DNA from: Gnetum montanum
Taxonomy: Eukaryota > Plantae > Gnetophyta
Reading direction: 5' to 3'
DNA: 64,000 nt
Assembly (NCBI GenBank): GCA_015680685.1
Contig: MNCI01002351.1
Span: 1-64,000, forward strand
Below are positions 39,818-52,899 of this stretch, one piece after another. A program made the translations under genes and the position numbers. Within the stretch, counting starts at the first letter, position 1. Each line of letters opens with the position of its first letter. Below the pieces are notes generated by a model. The model had not been told where the DNA came from. It ran no database searches and saw only the letters and a list, made by a program, of their open reading frames with translations.

Positions 39818-42800
39818 ATGGCGCGCAAAGACGAATGCAAGCATCAGGGATTGGCCAAGGTGGAGGAGGTGAGTAACACTCTAAGATGCCTATCCAAGGT
39901 GCATGTTGAGCTATAGCAAGAGGCTCTATCTTCTCGATAAGTTGTTACGCTACCCTTGTTTCCATTATGTGATGCATCAGGTTATATTGCAATTTCCATT
40001 ACTATTGTCATTTTTGCAACTATTGTCACTATTTTTTGTTGCTACTTTGGCCGCTATGCTGTGGTTCTCACTACTTGGCTGCAGCAACTGTATGGTTGCT
40101 ACGCTATGACTACATGCAGTATTGCCCTGGCCACCATTGTTAAGAATGGTAACTACACTATTGCAGGGGTTTGAGTGGCTCTAGGCAATGTAGTGCATAC
40201 TCGGCATAGCGTATCGCCCTTAGAGGGGTTTGTTTGTTTACAAACTAGGATAGCATGACACATGCTTGGCATAGCGTAGCACGAGCCATTTCTTGTGGTA
40301 GGGTAGGGTTGGGATAATGGGGGCACTGTGAATTATTTTTCACCTGCACTCTTAAGACTAACATTTTTTTACTATTATGCTACGCTGTTATATTGACAAG
40401 CCCTTCGGTCGTTACACTGTCAATCTATTACATTGATATACTGTTAAACTTGTGACACTGCTATGCTATTAAGTTGGTCATGCTACTAAATTTGCTACAT
40501 TGTAATGCTTGTTCCATTGTGATGCTACATGGGGTGTAGTTGTCTTGCTACGTGGCATGTAGCGCAGTTGTCACACTTGTGCTAAAGTGTAACTATTATG
40601 CTACATTATACAAGGCATGTCTACTGCATTGCACATAACGATTGCACTGTGTGGTGCACCTGCCATTGTTACGCTATGCTACATGGAGCTATGCTATGCT
40701 ACACGTGATACTTTGTTACGATGCATGCAATGTTTAACGTTGTTCTACAGGGGGCTTATTGTTTCATGCTAAAAGAAAATTTGTAATTGGAGGATAATGC
40801 TACGCTATATGTAAACATAGGGTCATGCTACACTATATTAGTAATTATCACTTGAATACAATGTTAATGTTTGGTGCTTTGTCATGCAGGGTCATGTTGA
40901 AACACATCCTAATTGTCCTTTAGGTGGTAGGAGTCCTATGCTGCCTTAGTGAACCCATGGCCAATGTTCCCCACCCCATGCATGAGTAGGGGAGTAGGTG
41001 ATTTAGTTTTAGGAGGGTGCACGAGAGTTCCTAGAGTTCCTCCTCCACCATTTTAGTGTGATCGCGTGGTCACACTTATCGGCCGAGACAGTGGCTATAC
41101 TTACAGAAACATTATTGTCTAGGGAAAATCGGGGTATTTTCAAGTTTATGGTTGATGGGTCGATCGGTGACGAAGGGGTGAAAGGCTCAAATCAACACCC
41201 AAGGGGCTTGAGGTGCCTAAGTTGGATTTGGGACATGCCTGAATAAAAATGCTATCACTTGTACAACACGTTGTACGTTGCCCGTCACATGGGCACTTGC
41301 TTTCAGAACCCACCTGAAACCATTTACTATGCCAATGGGTGAGTCCTATGAAGGTATTTTAACATGTTATGCTAGAAAAAAATGCTTACGGTATTCTTGT
41401 TTGTTACCAGGTTTTATATTAACGAGAGTGGTCTTCACAGTAACACTGATACGTTAGCATTGGCTCAAACGGCTCTGCAAGAGTTCTTCTCTACCGGGAA
41501 TGTGTGTATTGGTGTTATAGAACAACTTGGGCTTGATCTTAAAACCTATCCAACTAGGTTTTCTAGATTCTATGGGAAATGTAAAGAAGTTAGCTAGTTG
41601 GATAGCGAATGGGTGTCGCACCGACCGATTACCATTGAAGATGTTCTAGTGGAACTTCCATCATTTCCTACACTATTTAAGCCTGGTATGTTAAACCTTG
41701 CATTTGTTCTTATCTACTCAAGTGATGATGTGTTTTTTTCCTTTGCTAACTTTCTTGTTTGTTGCTAACTAGTGTAGTAGCAAGGGAATCCTAAGAGGTC
41801 ATAGTGATCACCTTTGGGCGTGACGATACCAACCTCTTCTTCAAGTACAAGGAGGTGGAGGAGACTCAGCATTGGCTCTACAATGGCGCCCCAGGTACCC
41901 TTGTGCACAACATTCAAGAGGCTGGGCTCATGGATTTATTTTTTATTGTCAATCCAAGTGTGCCAGCTACAGAAATGCTTTCCTTAGCCAATTCCTTCTC
42001 CGAGAAGGCCAACTGCTTCCACACACATGTTCACAATGTGCGAGTGGTGTTTGAAATTAATGATCAACTATTTGCAAATCTTTTCAATGTCCATTCTGAT
42101 GGTCTCCCTATAGGATAAAAATTTAGGAAAGATGCAAACCATCAAGGGGATATCGAGAAATGGCTAGGAACAAGCAAGGACTGAAAGGGGATTTATATCC
42201 ACAAGGTCAAGCTAGTGGTGGCCCAAACAATTTATCTTGTCTTCCATACCCATACTTTCCCTAAGCTACTCTCCCAAGGAAAAATCCTTGGAGTGGAGTA
42301 GGCTTGGATAATGAGGGAGGTCATGGAGGAAGGGACCCATTACAACTAGGCCAGGTACCTTTCTGAAGGCTTGCAGGCTGAGATGGTCAAGCTTCATGAA
42401 AATATTGACTCTCGTTTCAATGTGCACTATGCATTTTTCGTAGCTTGCCTGTGATAATTTTTAGAATTCCTAGTGGTTCATGAAAATGGTGCCTGGGTAT
42501 AGCAGGACCATAACTAGATATCTAAGCCATGGATTCACTAGGTTTTCCATACCACCCAATCCCAGGACCCCACGAAAGCTATTGGGGAATTACTTTCAAT
42601 AACGACGAGGGATTGCATGGCATGCCCCTTTCATGCCTGGGACAGTGTAGGAGAGGTGCCTCCCATTAACACAGGTAATGTGTTAAGGGGGGAACACCTC
42701 ATTGCAGAAATAGTGAAGACTAGGCTACAATGTAAGAAGTCTCATCTTGTAGAAGAGCCTCCCCGTATGAATGAAGAAAGGGGGAAAAAGCTGGCAATCA

Positions 42801-42998
42801 AAGTCCACAGAGTGCATCCCCTAGTTGGTAAGTGTGCTTGACTATTTTGTTAGTGTAGCACTTGCTACACTATGTAGCGTCGCACAGCGTAGCGCCTGTT
42901 TCAAGTTGGAGTACCCTGGTTACTACGATTACGCTTTATTAGTAGATAAAGAAGAAAAAGAGGAAGAGACCCTAACCCTTGGAATAGGGGCACCTGCT
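39818..42998 (+). pseudogene. Antisense multi-exon gene inside element A (exons 1-5; cut by element B): NIF/FCP1-like domain plus transposon-type domain
   Basis: ACGT plus TATAAATA at 39673-39688. Exons 39818-39936, 40890-41338, 41411-41685, 41781-42827 and about 42943-42998. AG acceptors and GT donors, except the first donor, which reads AT. Protein-level homology to 56913-61348. Confidence 0.8.
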
Positions 42999-44655
42999 TG
43001 AAAAACCCTAAATTTTTAGGGAATCCTTGCTTCACTAGGCTGTTGCAATTCAGGCAATGTCATGGTAGTTCATTAGGAGATGGATGTTCTGAGCTTTAGG
43101 TTGTACAGTTTGGCAAATTTTCTAGCTGGGTAATTTGCCTAGCTGACAACCTACACAGAAGCAATGCAGAGAGTTTTCGACGGTGCTCAAAATGCACAAA
43201 ACAATTTGGCAGGTTTTCTAAGTGAAGGATTTTGCTACGCTACGCTACGCCATGCAGCATAGCAGGCTTCGGGAGATAGTTGTTCAAGCAGTTAACCATA
43301 AATTATTACAAGACAAGGTGCTACGCTACATAGCATAGCACAGTGTGGCGAAAGCAAGACAGGAAGGCTCGTCTTAATTAGTGATTTCAAATGCATTAAG
43401 TTAGTGCCTTCGAAAATAGTTGCTTCGCTCGACTCCAAGTTCTTCTGCAATGGCTCCTTCACCAGAAAGCGGAAAACTTGGCAAAAAGTAGGCCATGTTG
43501 GTTGCTACGCTACACTATGCCACATAGCATATCACAGCGTAGCAACTTTGTAGGAACAATGAAAGGCATCTCAAAGGGCGGGATCAGCAAGTTTGCAAGT
43601 TTCACAGTGCAAAGGGAAAATTTTTCAGGTTGGTGACATTTTCACAACTAAGGCCAGCTGCTATGCTATGCTACGTAGCATAGCAAGTATGCACAAGGCA
43701 GTCGAAGCAGTTCAAAGGTTTCCAACACACGCAGCAAGATACAATGCAAGTCTTTGCCTCAAACTAGTGGCCATGCTATGCTACGCTGCATAGCATAGTA
43801 CAGCATAGCAAGATGCCACACTACACCAACATGCTGCATTACAAAGCATGGCACAGCATAGTAGGAAGTTGCACTACATCAATGCACTTCATCTATTTGC
43901 ACCATTGAGTTCTGACGACGTAATTACAACATGGCAAGCTTGTCCAATGGTCATGCATGTCCAAAGGTCGTGCACATCCATACAACATGGACAAGTTAAC
44001 ATGGGTCCAGGACACATGGTGTCCAAACTGCATGTATCGCATTCCCTTGGCCTTATAAATACCCCAATGAGCAATGCTCGAAGAGTCATTTCTTGAAGGT
44101 TTGGTCAGCTGATTAGTGAATTGGCTAGTTGGCAAGCAAAAGTTAGCATTGTACTCCTAAGCATTAAAAACATCTTTTTGGACACTATAAACAGTTGGCA
44201 CTCTCATTTGGCATTCTATTCTACTCTTTCCTGTCATCCTCATAGCATTCTGCATTATTGACTCCCAAATCTGCACTCAAGCATACATCTATCTTACTCT
44301 AAATGTCTCAGTTACTCTTGGGATCCCTACGCCCCTCAGTGCCATGCAATCAATTGTATCCACCTTAAAAGAGTGCATTTTACTTTGTTTTCTTGCTTAT
44401 CATTGCATTTTACATTGTTTTCTGTTCCTTTTGCATTTAAAAATTATTATTCTATTCTACAAGTCTCGTTTTCAAATTACCCATTTATGAAAAGTTATAT
44501 TAACACCGACTAAGCCCCTGTATGATTGGCCAGACCATTCAAGGTGCCCCATTTTCATTTTATCTAGCATGGCCCTCATGTGGATGAGGGGTTAAGATTG
44601 TCATGATCAATGACCTCTCGGTGTTTTCCAGCCACTAACATTTTCATTTGCAATA
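42999..44655 (+). repeat. 5' LTR of element B (1657 bp)
   Basis: The start TGAAAAACCCTAAATTTTTAG resembles the reverse complement of 51261-51280. TATAAATA at about 44054. The end is ttgcaata. Confidence 0.85.
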
Positions 44656-44661
44656 GTTTTC

Positions 44662-44678
44662 TGGCACTAGAAGGAGGG
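44662..44678 (+). promoter_or_regulatory. Primer-binding site of element B
   Basis: TGGCACTAGAAGGAGGG lies 6 nt after the LTR end. It resembles a PBS type I recall from Tat-clade elements; the priming tRNA is not assigned. Confidence 0.7.
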
Positions 44679-45363
44679 CCTTTAGTGCCCCTTACAGTAG
44701 TCTTGTAAGCGTTCTACACCCTAATACATGTTAGCATAAACTTGACACCCATCTATGATTGTTTACGTATTGTGCTATGTAGATCGATCGCTCCAATGGT
44801 TCCTCTCGAATCCTACAGGACCTAAAGCCTCCGATTTCTATTTCACTCGCTTGTTTTTACTATAGTGTTGCACACATTCTATACCCTATCGCACACTAGC
44901 ATAAACATGAAACCCTTTTACAATTGTTTATGCATCATGTGGTACAGATCGGTCGCTCCGACGATTCCTTTGGAATCTGGCAAGACATAAAGCCTTTCTT
45001 TATTGCTTTCCATTTTCTTTGCTTTTCTCATTTTTGAAACTATTTAGCTTTGTGACAATAGCTTTCTTGAGCACCGTTGCCAACACCTTCAAAGTTGAGG
45101 TTTCCATCATAGTTCAAGGAATCACTAGTGCCGAACAATTGCTCAACCCAATGCTGGAAGCACATCGATCCCTTAGGATCCAAAACTAGGGACCTGAGGG
45201 CTTGGCCTAGCGGCATGAACGTTATAACCTCCTCTATGCAAAGGTGTAGGCAAACCTACCCTTGGATATGCACAAACTCGAAGACAAACATAGCTTTGAG
45301 TTCGCTTACGGTGATGGGAAGGAATTTGTTCCCACTCCCGACACTTCCATACCTTTGACACAA

Positions 45364-48300
45364 ATGAATCAATGGCTTCTAGACTAGCTAATCCAGTTGG
45401 TTAGACTTAGGGAGCAATAGGATACGGTGTCTAATCATGAGGATTCCTTCCAGGACGGATAAGAGAAACTCGATTCCCAATTTGATGGGAAGGTCAAACC
45501 AACCCCATTACCGTCCCTCCTACCCAGTCCTTCTGGACTAACCCATTATCTGTTGCCACTCCCTTCGTGATCATGTCTATGGTTTTGTAGCCTGCAATCA
45601 CATCTACAATGGGTAGCCATGTCAACCCCTCAGTGTATCAATGCTCTTTTTCACCTGTTTCACCTATTTCATTTGCAGCTACTATTCCTTTGCAAACCAT
45701 TCATCAATCCATTCCTGTAGTGCATCACACGCTAATCATGGCTACCCTGCCACATGTTCACACTGTGCCTACCTCATAGTCATGTGCAGCCTCCCCTTTC
45801 ATTCCTGCATTTACACCTATCCCACCATCAATGGCAGGCCTAGGTCCATCCACATGTTGGACCCCATTCATTGCTCCCCTTGCTACACTACCATCATAGA
45901 TGTCTCACATCCACCATCAGACTTACCAAGTGCCACAAACAATATTGCCCAGCACAAGACTCTGGTCTATTCTGCCAGCCATGCAAACAGTTTATCTCGT
46001 AGTGCAACCCTCAGATGTTGCCATCACAGCACCACCTATTAGTTTGTGGATGCCACAAGCAACACAAGTCGTTGAGGCCACCCCGACGGTACTATCAGTG
46101 GGCCATGCTACCGCACCCACCATCCCACATATGGGAGCTGCCCCAGTAGTTCCCCAACCATCTACGTCATCACAAGGTTTGGATCAAGCATTCCAGCTTA
46201 TCCAGACCCTCACTAAAGAAATAAAATGCCTTAAGGCTGTCGGGTTTGACACGGTACAAGTCATAGACTTTTACCAAGATGATCCCATCAGCCCTACCAT
46301 CCCGGCACTAACGCTACCCCCATGGATGTCCCTCCCACACTTCATGAAGAACAATGGGGAGGGGGATCCCAATGCACATCTTATTACCTTTAGGTCTGAA
46401 TCCCTCATATTGCAACCATGGCCACACACGATTATCTGTGTCTTTGCTATGTCCCTAGCCATGAAAGCCTTGGATTTGTACCGTGCGCTACCACGCTCAT
46501 CTATTTCAACCCTAGAGGAGCTTCTGACCCAATTCATGATGCAGTTCAAGTATAACTTAAAGCCAGAAATCACGCTAGATTAATTGATGAGTGTAAAGCA
46601 GGATCCTCTAGAACTGGTCCAAAAGTTCATCCAGTAGTGGAGCGTAACCCTTAATGAAATCCATGAGCCCATCGTAGAGGCCCATTTGCTGGCTATTTTT
46701 AAGGGTGTAGTAAACGACTTCATCAAGTCTAAGTTGTACTACCTTGCTCCTCACACTCTTAGCCAAGCCTTTGCTTAGACTAAGAGCATATAGGATGCGA
46801 CCGAGGTGAGCAAAGACCTAGCCTATATTGCCTACAAAAACACCTTCACAAGGAAGGATAAGGGTAAGGCTACAACAGCCATGGTGGCTGCTGTGATGAG
46901 CGAGGCCAAGCCCAAACCTAATAACAATGATAACAAGAACAACAAAAAATCAGCCACACCTGCAGCTAACCTCGTGCCCAAGTAGGGCCACATACAGCAA
47001 ACTGTCATACCTACACCCGAGACATCTGCACAACCCAAACCGAACTTTGAGTGTAAAGATCACTCAAAGTATACCTTGCTACCTATCAAACCTTCATAGC
47101 TTCTGAAGCAGCTACTGGCAGTGGGACACATCCAACACAAGCAGATGAAGGAAGAGAGAATTAGGAGACATCAACAATACTGTGAGCTCCTTAGGAACCC
47201 CTCTTTGGCCTTTTCCAATGAGCCCCTAGTTCCTAAGGGTTTCAGGCTAGATAGGTTTTGTGACTACCACCAACAATGTGGTCACAAAATGGATTACTGT
47301 CTGGCATTAAAGGATGAAATCCAAAGGTTGATTGATTAGGGAAAACTATTGTTGGATGAGAGCAACCCAATACATCCTAAAAATCAATCTCTACATGTCT
47401 ACATAGACCCCCTCAATGCTCACAAGGTCGGTTATGTTATCAACACCATCGATGTTGACAGTGATCCTAGGCTACCCCAGCAACTGTTTGTGGTCCGTTC
47501 ACCTCAACGTAGTGCACCAGCACCACCAGTGGCTGGCCGAAGTTTGCAGTAGCTGTTTGTTTTGAGGATCCCTCCCTGAGCATCCACCCCCATGCCACCC
47601 CACTCGTTAACACCGTTAGCTCCGTTTGTCATCAGCGGGTCAACTCCTTCAACAGCCCTCATCCCGCGCAAGACAGCTGAACAACCTTCTCATCCTAAAA
47701 AATGGAAAGTGCATTTTGCAGGTGAGATGTCGAGGTGAAGTACTATCCTAGGTATTTTCAAGACTATGTCTTCACCCCCTACATCTACGCCCTCATCACC
47801 AAAGAGGGACGTTGCTACAACCACACAGTCTGCACCACCTTGCCAAAAAGGATCTAAACCCAGATCTGAAGCTACCCCTCCTCAGGAAATTTGTCTCCTA
47901 GGATGAATAGAAGAGGAGAAAGGTGGTAAACAGGGCATGGCCAAGACCTCTTGGATGCTCTCACACAGGTCAGGTAAGCTCTAAAACAAAAGAACACTAC
48001 ATTGAGATTGTACAACCTAATCATGACATCCATCCCACACCGTGAGGCTCTCATCTGCATGTTGACGGTGATTCTAGTCAACGAAGACATGCCAACAGAA
48101 GAGGAAGCGATTCATTCGGTCATGCTTCCCTCTGCGCCTGCAGAGCTAGAACCATCTCAACTAACTTTCTGCGACAACTCCATTAGGGAAGATCTCGAAA
48201 GGGGCCAAGTGACTACAACACCCCTATTCATCACAATTTGGGTTGGCCAACGTCGGATTCGAAGGGTACACGTTGATGATGGGGCTACCATGAATGTCAT

Positions 48301-48861
48301 CCCCTTCCCTATTGTGGACAAGTTGGGCTTGGTCGACTAGATCAAACCCATGATGACCTCATGCCTGAGGTCATTCAATGGGATACAGGTCGTGGTTAAG
48401 GGCACGGTCCACATAGATTTTGTGGCAGGGGATCAGTTCCCCACGAGCACAATGTTCATCATGGTCGAGGAGATGCCCGAGTTTAACATATCTTAAGGAG
48501 ATCATGGTTACCACAACTTAGATCTGTCTCTTCACCCATTCATCAAGAAATCCACCTACCATACGCAGGCAGGGAGGTGGTGATCCATGATGACAAGGTA
48601 GCAACACAAGCAATCAATAATGTGGACATGGAGCAGGCCTTAGAGGTCGTAACCTCTGAGAATGAAGTGCCTGCTTACACACATGCTAACTATCTAGCAG
48701 GGGAATCAGTTCAGCAAGCCGGTCCCCAAAATGAAGGCATGTGGACTAAGTTGCCCTTCCAAGCAGGGGACAATGATGTGGACGAAGGCTTTGGCAAGGT
48801 GCCTCAGTCTTATGTTCCGCTCAATCCATGATGGGTCAAGAAGCAGCTACGCGCAACGTAG
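45364..48861 (+). pseudogene. Degenerate gag-protease of element B
   Basis: LPHFMKNNGEGDPNAHLITF...SSISTLEELLTQFMMQF, FCDYHQQCGHKMDYC knuckle, protease RVHVDDGATMNVIP, ending KKQLRAT*. The start is approximate. Confidence 0.88.
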
Positions 48862-48919
48862 CAACCCTGCTACTTCCTTCCCAGTCACCATCCTTTGTAT
48901 ATTTACCACCCTTTGTTGC

Positions 48920-49515
48920 TATGCTATGGCCCAAAATAGCCTAAAACTAACTATGGCCCGAAATTGCCTAAAACTAGCTATGGCATGCAATGGTCTAAAA
49001 CTATGTTCCCCCATAGCCCGAAATGGCCTAAAACTAGCAATGGTCCGCAATGACCTAAAACTAGCGATGACCCGAAATGGCATAAAATTATACCTCCCCA
49101 TGGTCCGAAAAGACCTTAAACTAGCAGTTTTAGTGTAGCAGTGACTTTATCAGTCCAAAAAGACCTTAAACTAGCAGTCTTAGTGTAGCGGCGACTTTAT
49201 CGATCCGAAAAGACCTTAAACTAGAAACTCCAATGTAGTTTCAGCTTTAGCAGTTTGGAAAGACCTTAAACTAGCATTCCTAGCATAGTGTTTCACTCTA
49301 GTTAGCAGTCCAAAAAGACACTAAACTAGCAGTTTTGATCTGTTACATGTATGCATTCCGGAATGATGTTAAACTAGTAGCTTCACATTTTTTCATTGGC
49401 AACTTTGCATTTTTAACAGTTTCACATTCTCACATTGACAGTCTTACATTTTTACATTTTTTTAATAGTTCCACATCTCCATGCTATAGTGGTCTGCCAT
49501 GACTTTAAACTAGCA
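48920..49515. repeat. Two abutting tandem arrays in the PR-RT spacer of element B
   Basis: atggcccgaaatggcctaaaactagc-type units (48920-49100), then gaccttaaactagcag-type units (49105-49515). Confidence 0.85.
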
Positions 49516-49648
49516 AATTTTAATCTTTATATCATACTTTGCTAGTTACATCTCATCATTATTTTGCAACTTTTCATCATACATGATTACTACCAAAAGG
49601 TGCCTCTTAACTAGGCTTTCATTTCATTTTGGCAGGTTGAGCAAAAAA

Positions 49649-50018
49649 ATGGAAATCCATCGTGATCTCTCCATGCCTTTAGCTTTAGCAAGTCCACATG
49701 ACAAGCTCGTGAGATAATTGAACCTAGACCTAAGCATCTGGGGACCAACTGCAGCTAGCACCATAGCATCCTTAGAAACATTCCCAGACTGGCTCGAGCA
49801 TTTGGTTTAAACTCTAGATTTAGAGGCTGGGAATGTAATTGAGGATCCTCTTGTCGAGATGCTTATGACCACGTCCAAGGGGGAAGTAAAAACATTAAAA
49901 CTTAGCTCCCTCCTAGATGCGCAGATGCACAAAGATGTAGCCAAGATTCTGCAAGACAACATTAAGGTATTTGCATGGTTATATAGCGACATGCCAGGTT
50001 TAGATTCGAGGCTGATAC
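49649..50018 (+). pseudogene. Start of the RT ORF of element B
   Basis: AAAAATGG start, MEIHRDLSMPLALAS...LDLEAGNVIEDPL...FAWLYSDMPGLD. Confidence 0.85.
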
Positions 50019-51280
50019 TGTAATGATGAAAAACGGCAGTTGCTAGAAACACCAAGTGAATTTCTGTGTACACAGTTCCAACCCCAGATCCATGCAATGG
50101 CGATGCTAGAGAAAACGAATCTAAGGTGCCCTAAATGATCTTGTTGATCAGACAGGAACTTACTTAATTAGTAAATTTTGTAATGATTGGATCACAAAAT
50201 GACGATTTCAATGTGAAGGTACAATATCAATTGATGGGAAAATGAGATTTTCTCTAAGATCGAGTCTTGAAGATAGTGATAACAATGTAAACGATGCAAA
50301 ACAATTGTAAAATCAATGTAAGTAAAATGAAAAAAATTGAATTTGGAGAATGTACGATCCCAAAACTTGGGATTGAACTTATAGATAAATATATTGAATA
50401 CAATGGTTGCAAGCGGCCTTCAGTTTAGGCGAAGTGCATGCCGAGAGCAAGAAGTTATTCAGAGATAAAATAAGCAAAGGCCAATCTACCTTGTTCTAGC
50501 CAATTTGGGTGCAAGGGAGTCAGGCTCAAAGCAAAATGTTTGCTAACTTGAAGTCTCAGGTCAAAAACTTCTCTCTGTCACCGTCGATGCTCTTCTCATC
50601 GTCTCGCCAATCCTTTTTTCTTTTTGCCAATACTATCAAAAATTGCTAACCCTTTGATCTTTGTCAACTAGGGTATTTATAATATTAGGGTTAAGAAGAC
50701 AACATGGTTTAGATGAAGCATTTCCTAGGCCCACAAAATACCGTTGACCTGATGTGCCGTAGCTAAAGCTTATGGCGCTACGCTGTGTTACGCTCTAAAG
50801 CGTAGTATAGCGTAACTACCCCTTAAAAAGATAATTTATTTGAGTTTTTCTCTTGTGTTGAATGAATTGTTCTGTGATTACACTATGATATGCTAGAAAG
50901 TGTATCGTAGCGTAATTACTACCACTACCTAAATTTTGTTACCTTTGTCACTGCGGATAAGTCAACTGCGCTGCTTGTGTTACACTGTGTAGCGTAACAT
51001 GGCGTAATATGACAACAGTTAAGATTTTTGATTATGGCCAAACTTGCAAAATTGAAGTGTTGCCACTGTGCATCCTTTATTCTATTTTGTCTTCTAGAGT
51101 TCACTACGCTAAGCTGCGTAGCATAACTGGCCCTTAGCCAAAAAAGAAAATTTGCTGAGATGTGCAAGTATTTCCAATGTTTCCACTGCCTAGATGTTTT
51201 GATGCCGCTTTTGTGCAAGTATTTGTCTAAACTTCAAGACTTTCCTAAATCATTTAGATCTCAAAATTCATGGTGTTTCA
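50019..51280 (-). repeat. 3' LTR of element C (1262 bp)
   Basis: tgtaatga...tggtgtttca ends, followed by the PPT complement tggtctctcttt. Minus-strand TATAAATA at about 50675. Confidence 0.88.
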
Positions 51281-52477
51281 ATGGTCTCTCTTTGTTGACG
51301 TTTGGAGGGCTTGCCCTAGAGACGTCGACAAATAATACAAAACACCGAAGAGGTAAAGACACCAACAATGTCCATCGGCAACTACTTAGATGTTGCTCTG
51401 TTAAACCTGGAAATGCAAAGGTTGGGAGCATAAGCAGCATAGGAGGGATCTTATAGTAATGAGGGAGGGAGGTTCGGGGAAGACTCAAGCATGAGTGGGA
51501 TACTTCGCAAACATGCTATTAGGCATCTTCTCGCGGGTGTTTTCTCGAGAGGTTACATTGTTATACTATATATACGAGGCTTGCATGGATGATTTGTGTT
51601 ATGCCTGTGTAGCCTAGATAAGTTGTGTTTCATCCATTTTGCCTAGCTATGGCCATTTCTTTTTAATAGAATGCTTTCCATGAGGCATGTTGCATTACGT
51701 CAATTCATGGATGGGATGATTATCATGTGCGAAGGAGTTCTTGCACGCTCGCATTCTGTACAAATAGGAAGGAAGGGTAAAGGTGATTATAGGGATAAAA
51801 GGAGGAGAAAGTAAGGTAAGTTGTCCAATGGAGGAAAAAAGGAAGGGTCTGCATTCCCAAGTAGTCAGACTAATCTGAGCAGCCACCTCAAAACGCCGTG
51901 ATGTTTCGCCTCCAAGTGAGTGCATTCTTGAACAACGCTATCATAGCAAGTAATCTACAAAACACAATAAAGAACAAAGAGCAAAAGCAATCAACCCATT
52001 CACTAGCAAGGCTATTGAAACAAGTGCTGCCCGAAGCGAAAAGGAGAGCGTAGACCATAGAGAAGGGACCGTAGCAAAAAGCAAGGATCCCTTTGTTGAT
52101 GATGCAATTTAAGAATTCGTCGTCGACAACCAAACTCATCTTATCCAATCAACTAGGCAAAGAACTAGTCAGATGAATCTGCTAAGCTAGAGTCTGGTAG
52201 CGGTGACAGGTGGAGACCACCAAGGCCATGGGTGACCATAGTTTCCTTGGGACCCCAAGTGGCAAAGTTGACCCCAGGAGTTGCAACTACAGAGTGGCTG
52301 TTGTAGCAGCATCTCTGAGGGGTCAATAGTATGCCTTTCGACATATCCGAGGAATCAATAGGATGCCGGTAGGGTAGCGATGTTGTGTCTGTTCCAACAC
52401 CCTATCCATTCCGTCTGGTAGGGATTTCATGCAAGAATGATCACTGTCACTTGCTTCATGGATTATCTGTTGGCAGC

Positions 52478-52856
52478 TTCTAGTTTTAAGTCTTGGTAGA
52501 CTTTTGCTGCTAGTTTTAAGTCTTAGCAGACCGTGGTTCCTATTTAGAGTCTGGGTAGACTGAAGCATGCTATTTTTATGTCATAGCAGATGGTGGAAGA
52601 GCTAGTTTATGGTCCTAGCAGACGGTGTTTTGGGTGTTAGTTTTGTGTCATGACCCAAGGACAAGTTTGTGCTAGTTTAACATCTCAACAGACGAATGCT
52701 TACCTTGTCAATTTCACGTAAAATTTTCCAGTTTAGCATCGTGGCGGACACATGCAAGAAATGCCAGTTTTACGTCGTAGCGAACGTGTACAACACTACC
52801 AGTTTTACATCGTAGCAGACCTGTACAACACTACCAGTTTTACATCATAGCGGACG
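52478..52856. repeat. Post-integrase tandem array of element C
   Basis: ctagttttaagtcttagcagac and ccagttttacatcgtagcagac units. Confidence 0.8.
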
Positions 52857-52899
52857 TTTGTTACCTTGCGTTTGAGCTGAGCTGATGTCTAGATGTGGT

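Larger units (their letters stand above)
31491..42998 (-). mobile_element. Tat/Ogre-like Ty3/gypsy element A (3' part; interrupted by element B)
   Basis: Contains the 3' LTR, PPT, INT, aRH, RH and RT on the minus strand, repeat arrays, and an antisense gene. Confidence 0.9.
42999..50018 (+). mobile_element. Tat/Ogre-like element B (5' part; interrupted by element C)
   Basis: 5' LTR, PBS, gag, protease, repeat spacer, then the RT start, which breaks at YSDMPGLDSRLI|TG. Confidence 0.9.

Noticed and set aside
48731-49138. 135-aa ORF with LKLAMARNG repeats
   Set aside because: It is a translation of the DNA tandem array, out of frame with protease.
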